A stretch of DNA of 64,000 nucleotides from Shigella phage vB_SdyM_006, in the sequence record MK295204; one strand, 5' to 3'. Each line of letters starts with the position of its first letter. Position 1 is the first letter of the stretch. Position numbers and translations under genes: made by a program. Shown here piece after piece: positions 61,317 to 64,000 of the stretch. The notes under the pieces are model-generated. The model was not told the DNA's origin and searched no databases. It was given only the letters and a program-made list of their open reading frames with translations.

Positions 61317-62789
61317 TCATCTATTAAAATATTCTTCTGGTGATTGTCCAAAGATTTCATAAAAGTCATTTGCCTCTTGTTTATCAAGACGTCTCATTTT
61401 AACACGTGGTAAAAATAAACTATATGTTTCTCGTCCATCAACTTTTTGAGCTGCATTACATACACCCGAGATAATCATACCGACAAGTTTACCTTTCTTA
61501 TGAAGATCCCATAATAAACGACGGTCTAATTCATGACGTTTATCGAGTGGAATCCAGATTTTTTCTTTTGAACCTTTTACCTTTTCGTAATCTTTATCCT
61601 TAAAACCAGAACCACAGTCAACTAAAATAGTCCCATCTCTAGACCTTAAATTGACACCACCTAATTTTTCAGGGTCTTTAGAATGTGGATACGCACCAAT
61701 AATTTCTAAATCAAAATCTTTTTCTTCTTTAAATTTTACTTGGTCACAAGTACGTCCATCAGACCAAACACCAAGTTTATTTTTTAGAATAATACCTTCT
61801 AACTTCATATCAACATATTTTCTGTAAATAACTTGGGCTTCTTCTAAAGTCTTAACTTCTTCTGATGGAATTAATTCTAAACGTCCTGCTTTTTTAGTAA
61901 TTAATTCTAAATTTTTTAACCTTTCTTTGTAAGGTTTATTAATTTCTGAATTATCAGTCTGTGTACCTTGTGTAACTTCATAGTTAATTAGATCCCAGAC
62001 CTGGAATTTAACACAATCTGCTTCGGTTTTTGAAATGGTTCCTTGGATTGATTTATTTGCAATACCGTTACCTTCTTCTCTAGAAGCAACAATATTTTCT
62101 TCTTCGTCTTCATCAAAGAATAAATCTAGACCTTGTTTTGTTGATTTAGGAAAATAAACTAGTTCACCATCAAGAACAACGTTTCCTAATCCTTCAGTGA
62201 TAGATACAATTTCTTCTTTTAGCAAATCTAGACCAAGATATTCGCTACCAGAACGAGAATATAAATTAACTTCCCCGTCTACAACTTCGGCAAAACATCT
62301 AGCACCATCTGCTTTAAGCTGAGCTAATGCTGGGAATTTAATTTTAGATACATTAGCTTTACTAAAAGGCGCTGCTAAAAACTGCGGCTGCTTTGGTAAT
62401 AAATTTTCCCATACTTTGTTTGGAATACTTCTTCCTACACCACATTCCAAGTCACGTTTGACAATGCGTTTAATTAATGCTGCATCTTTAGGGCATAAAC
62501 TTTCTAATACATCTTTTAAAGCAGCAATTGCAGCATGTCCTGTTAAAACCCGTTCACCTAAAACATTTTCTAAAAAATCTAAAGCGTCACGAAGTGTTTT
62601 AGATTCGGTTTTAGGTTCATATTCTGGAATCTTTTTAATATGGAATTTGACTCTTTGAGAATATGTTAATCTAAACACATCTTTTACTAATAAATTGTTT
62701 TTATATTTTAAAAGAATATTTTCTTTTTCTTTTAATGAATCCGTAGAAGCTAGTTCTACAATAATATCGTATACCATACCTTTTTCCAT
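61317..62789 (-). CDS. 30: ATP-dependent DNA ligase (gp30)
   Basis: Strong match to remembered T4 DNA ligase (VFRLTYS, LKADGARCFAEV, YLGLDLLKEE, VLDGELVY); 490 aa (T4 487 aa). Confidence 0.9.
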   Translation of the reverse strand: MEKGMVYDIIVELASTDSLKEKENILLKYKNNLLVKDVFRLTYSQRVKFHIKKIPEYEPKTESKTLRDALDFLENVLGERVLTGHAAIAALKDVLESLCPKDAALIKRIVKRDLECGVGRSIPNKVWENLLPKQPQFLAAPFSKANVSKIKFPALAQLKADGARCFAEVVDGEVNLYSRSGSEYLGLDLLKEEIVSITEGLGNVVLDGELVYFPKSTKQGLDLFFDEDEEENIVASREEGNGIANKSIQGTISKTEADCVKFQVWDLINYEVTQGTQTDNSEINKPYKERLKNLELITKKAGRLELIPSEEVKTLEEAQVIYRKYVDMKLEGIILKNKLGVWSDGRTCDQVKFKEEKDFDLEIIGAYPHSKDPEKLGGVNLRSRDGTILVDCGSGFKDKDYEKVKGSKEKIWIPLDKRHELDRRLLWDLHKKGKLVGMIISGVCNAAQKVDGRETYSLFLPRVKMRRLDKQEANDFYEIFGQSPEEYFNR

Positions 62790-62798
62790 TTATAGTCC

Positions 62799-63434
62799 TT
62801 ATTTTATACTATTTAATGATTCTTCTAAGTCTGGTAAAATGGATTCAAAATCATACCAGTCTTTAACATTGATAATAGGACAATCTGGCAAATCACGTTG
62901 TCCACGTGGCATATGAATCAAAGGTAGTCTCGAAATAACTTTATGACAATCTTCAAGATTATGAGCCAAATCATCAACAAAACATAAAAGATTTTTAGTG
63001 TGTTTAACTTTAACATCTAAATAATGAGGAGTTTTAGATTCACCATAATTCACAAGTAAAATATCACTAAATGCATTAGGAAATAAAGAATTCAAATTAT
63101 ATAACCGATTAAACAATGCCTGGTTAGTAGTTCCTAAAGCTGTGATAGCAACAAATTCATACTTATGTTTAAGCCTATTAATGACTTCAATGGCATCAGT
63201 ATATCCAGTTAGATACTTAATATATTTTGAGTTATTGTATTCCGTCATTAATTTTAAGCCAAGTTCTTCATTACAACGGAACATTTCGCCTGGCGACATA
63301 AAAACATTTTCTGTGATAACTCTTAAAATATTTGATGTATCAATACCATAATCTTGTGCAAAATAAGGAAGTCCAGATGCCCACTGGACTAAAATGCCAT
63401 CAACGTCAGTTAAAATAACAGGTTTTACTTGCAT
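62799..63434 (-). CDS. HAD-superfamily hydrolase (putative 5'-nucleotidase-like)
   Basis: N-terminal HAD motif I ILTDVDGIL and C-terminal FVDD-type motif. Confidence 0.5.
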   Translation of the reverse strand: MQVKPVILTDVDGILVQWASGLPYFAQDYGIDTSNILRVITENVFMSPGEMFRCNEELGLKLMTEYNNSKYIKYLTGYTDAIEVINRLKHKYEFVAITALGTTNQALFNRLYNLNSLFPNAFSDILLVNYGESKTPHYLDVKVKHTKNLLCFVDDLAHNLEDCHKVISRLPLIHMPRGQRDLPDCPIINVKDWYDFESILPDLEESLNSIK

Positions 63435-63877
63435 TATGCATCCTCATATTTAATTGCCATAAGAGCCTTTTTAGTGAATTCGTAGATGTCAATATTTTTA
63501 ACACCTTGGCTTAAAATAGATTCCACTGTTTTATCAAGAACTGGCTTAATAAAAGGTCCTTGAAGATTCATTGTTCCAGTTCTATCTTTAAATGCGATAA
63601 CGAATTTACGATCGACCCAATTATTTTTGGGTTCAAGATTTTCTATTTTTTCAAAATAACCATGTTCATCAACGTCAATAATAAACGCTACTGTAAAATC
63701 GTCTTCGGTTAAAGTTTCGTCACCACATTTAAGTTTTTTGACATGTCCACTTTCGTCAAGTTCAATAACTTTAAATGGGCTATTTGAGATAGCATTAGCA
63801 ATACGTTCATTAGAATAATTTTCATCAACAAATCCGTCAATGTCAATTAATTTATACCAACCATTTAATTCAAACAT
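63434..63877 (-). CDS. hypothetical protein
   Basis: ORF in track; start abuts the downstream gene. Confidence 0.5.
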   Translation of the reverse strand: MFELNGWYKLIDIDGFVDENYSNERIANAISNSPFKVIELDESGHVKKLKCGDETLTEDDFTVAFIIDVDEHGYFEKIENLEPKNNWVDRKFVIAFKDRTGTMNLQGPFIKPVLDKTVESILSQGVKNIDIYEFTKKALMAIKYEDA

Positions 63878-63883
63878 AGTATT

Positions 63884-64000
63884 CTCACTTAAAAGTAATA
63901 GATTGGGTGATTTCAGCAGTTTTATCTAAAGTATACATTTCAACTTTACCAGTAGGATTTTTTGTTAAAAATGCTTCGATACTTTTATGTGCTGATTCTT
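63884..64000 (-). CDS. hypothetical protein, partial (C-terminal end only; runs off the window edge)
   Basis: Open minus-strand frame ending at stop 63884-63886 (...GKVEMYTLDKTAEITQSITFK*). Confidence 0.3.

Noticed and set aside
61184-61387. 67-aa minus-strand ORF overlapping the 3' end of the DNA ligase gene
   Set aside because: Overlaps the ligase coding sequence by ~70 nt in another frame, and its stop lies inside the ligase terminator hairpin; probably not a gene, though a short product from an internal start cannot be excluded.
62416-62916. Plus-strand ORFs 62416..62658 and 62695..62916
   Set aside because: Antisense to DNA ligase and the HAD gene; no RBS or promoter.

Overview
This AT-rich 64 kb window reads as a contiguous segment of a T4-like (Tevenvirinae-type) myovirus genome. 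All homology calls rest on motifs, gene order and size, and remembered T4 protein sequences; no database search was run. Layout: (1) 1-6.5 kb, minus strand: a hyperplastic region with a LysM protein, a YadA-anchor-like secreted protein, nine tRNA genes, a GIY-YIG (Seg-like) homing endonuclease and many small ORFs. (2) 6.5-9.9 kb, minus: 57B, 57A, gene 1, 3, 2, 4. (3) 9.9-40.8 kb, plus: the late morphogenesis block 53, 5, a 687-aa extra ORF, 6-12, wac, 13-20, 67, 68, 21-24. (4) 40.8-46.6 kb: rnlB and a small-ORF cluster including a macro-domain candidate. (5) 46.6-58.1 kb: baseplate hub/tail genes 54-48-29-28-27-51 (minus), 26-25 (plus), uvsY, uvsW, inh, hoc. (6) 58.1-64 kb, minus: alt, small early ORFs, DNA ligase, a HAD hydrolase. 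The most unusual features are: two ~166-bp near-identical inverted-repeat elements 45 kb apart; a large tightly coupled ORF at the spike-tip position between gp5 and gp6; a phage-encoded YadA-anchor-like outer-membrane protein; a type-II tRNA carrying an Asn anticodon; triplicated promoter-RBS-start cassettes; and a gp15 N-terminus encoded upstream of its first ATG. No CRISPR array, rRNA or transposase was found.
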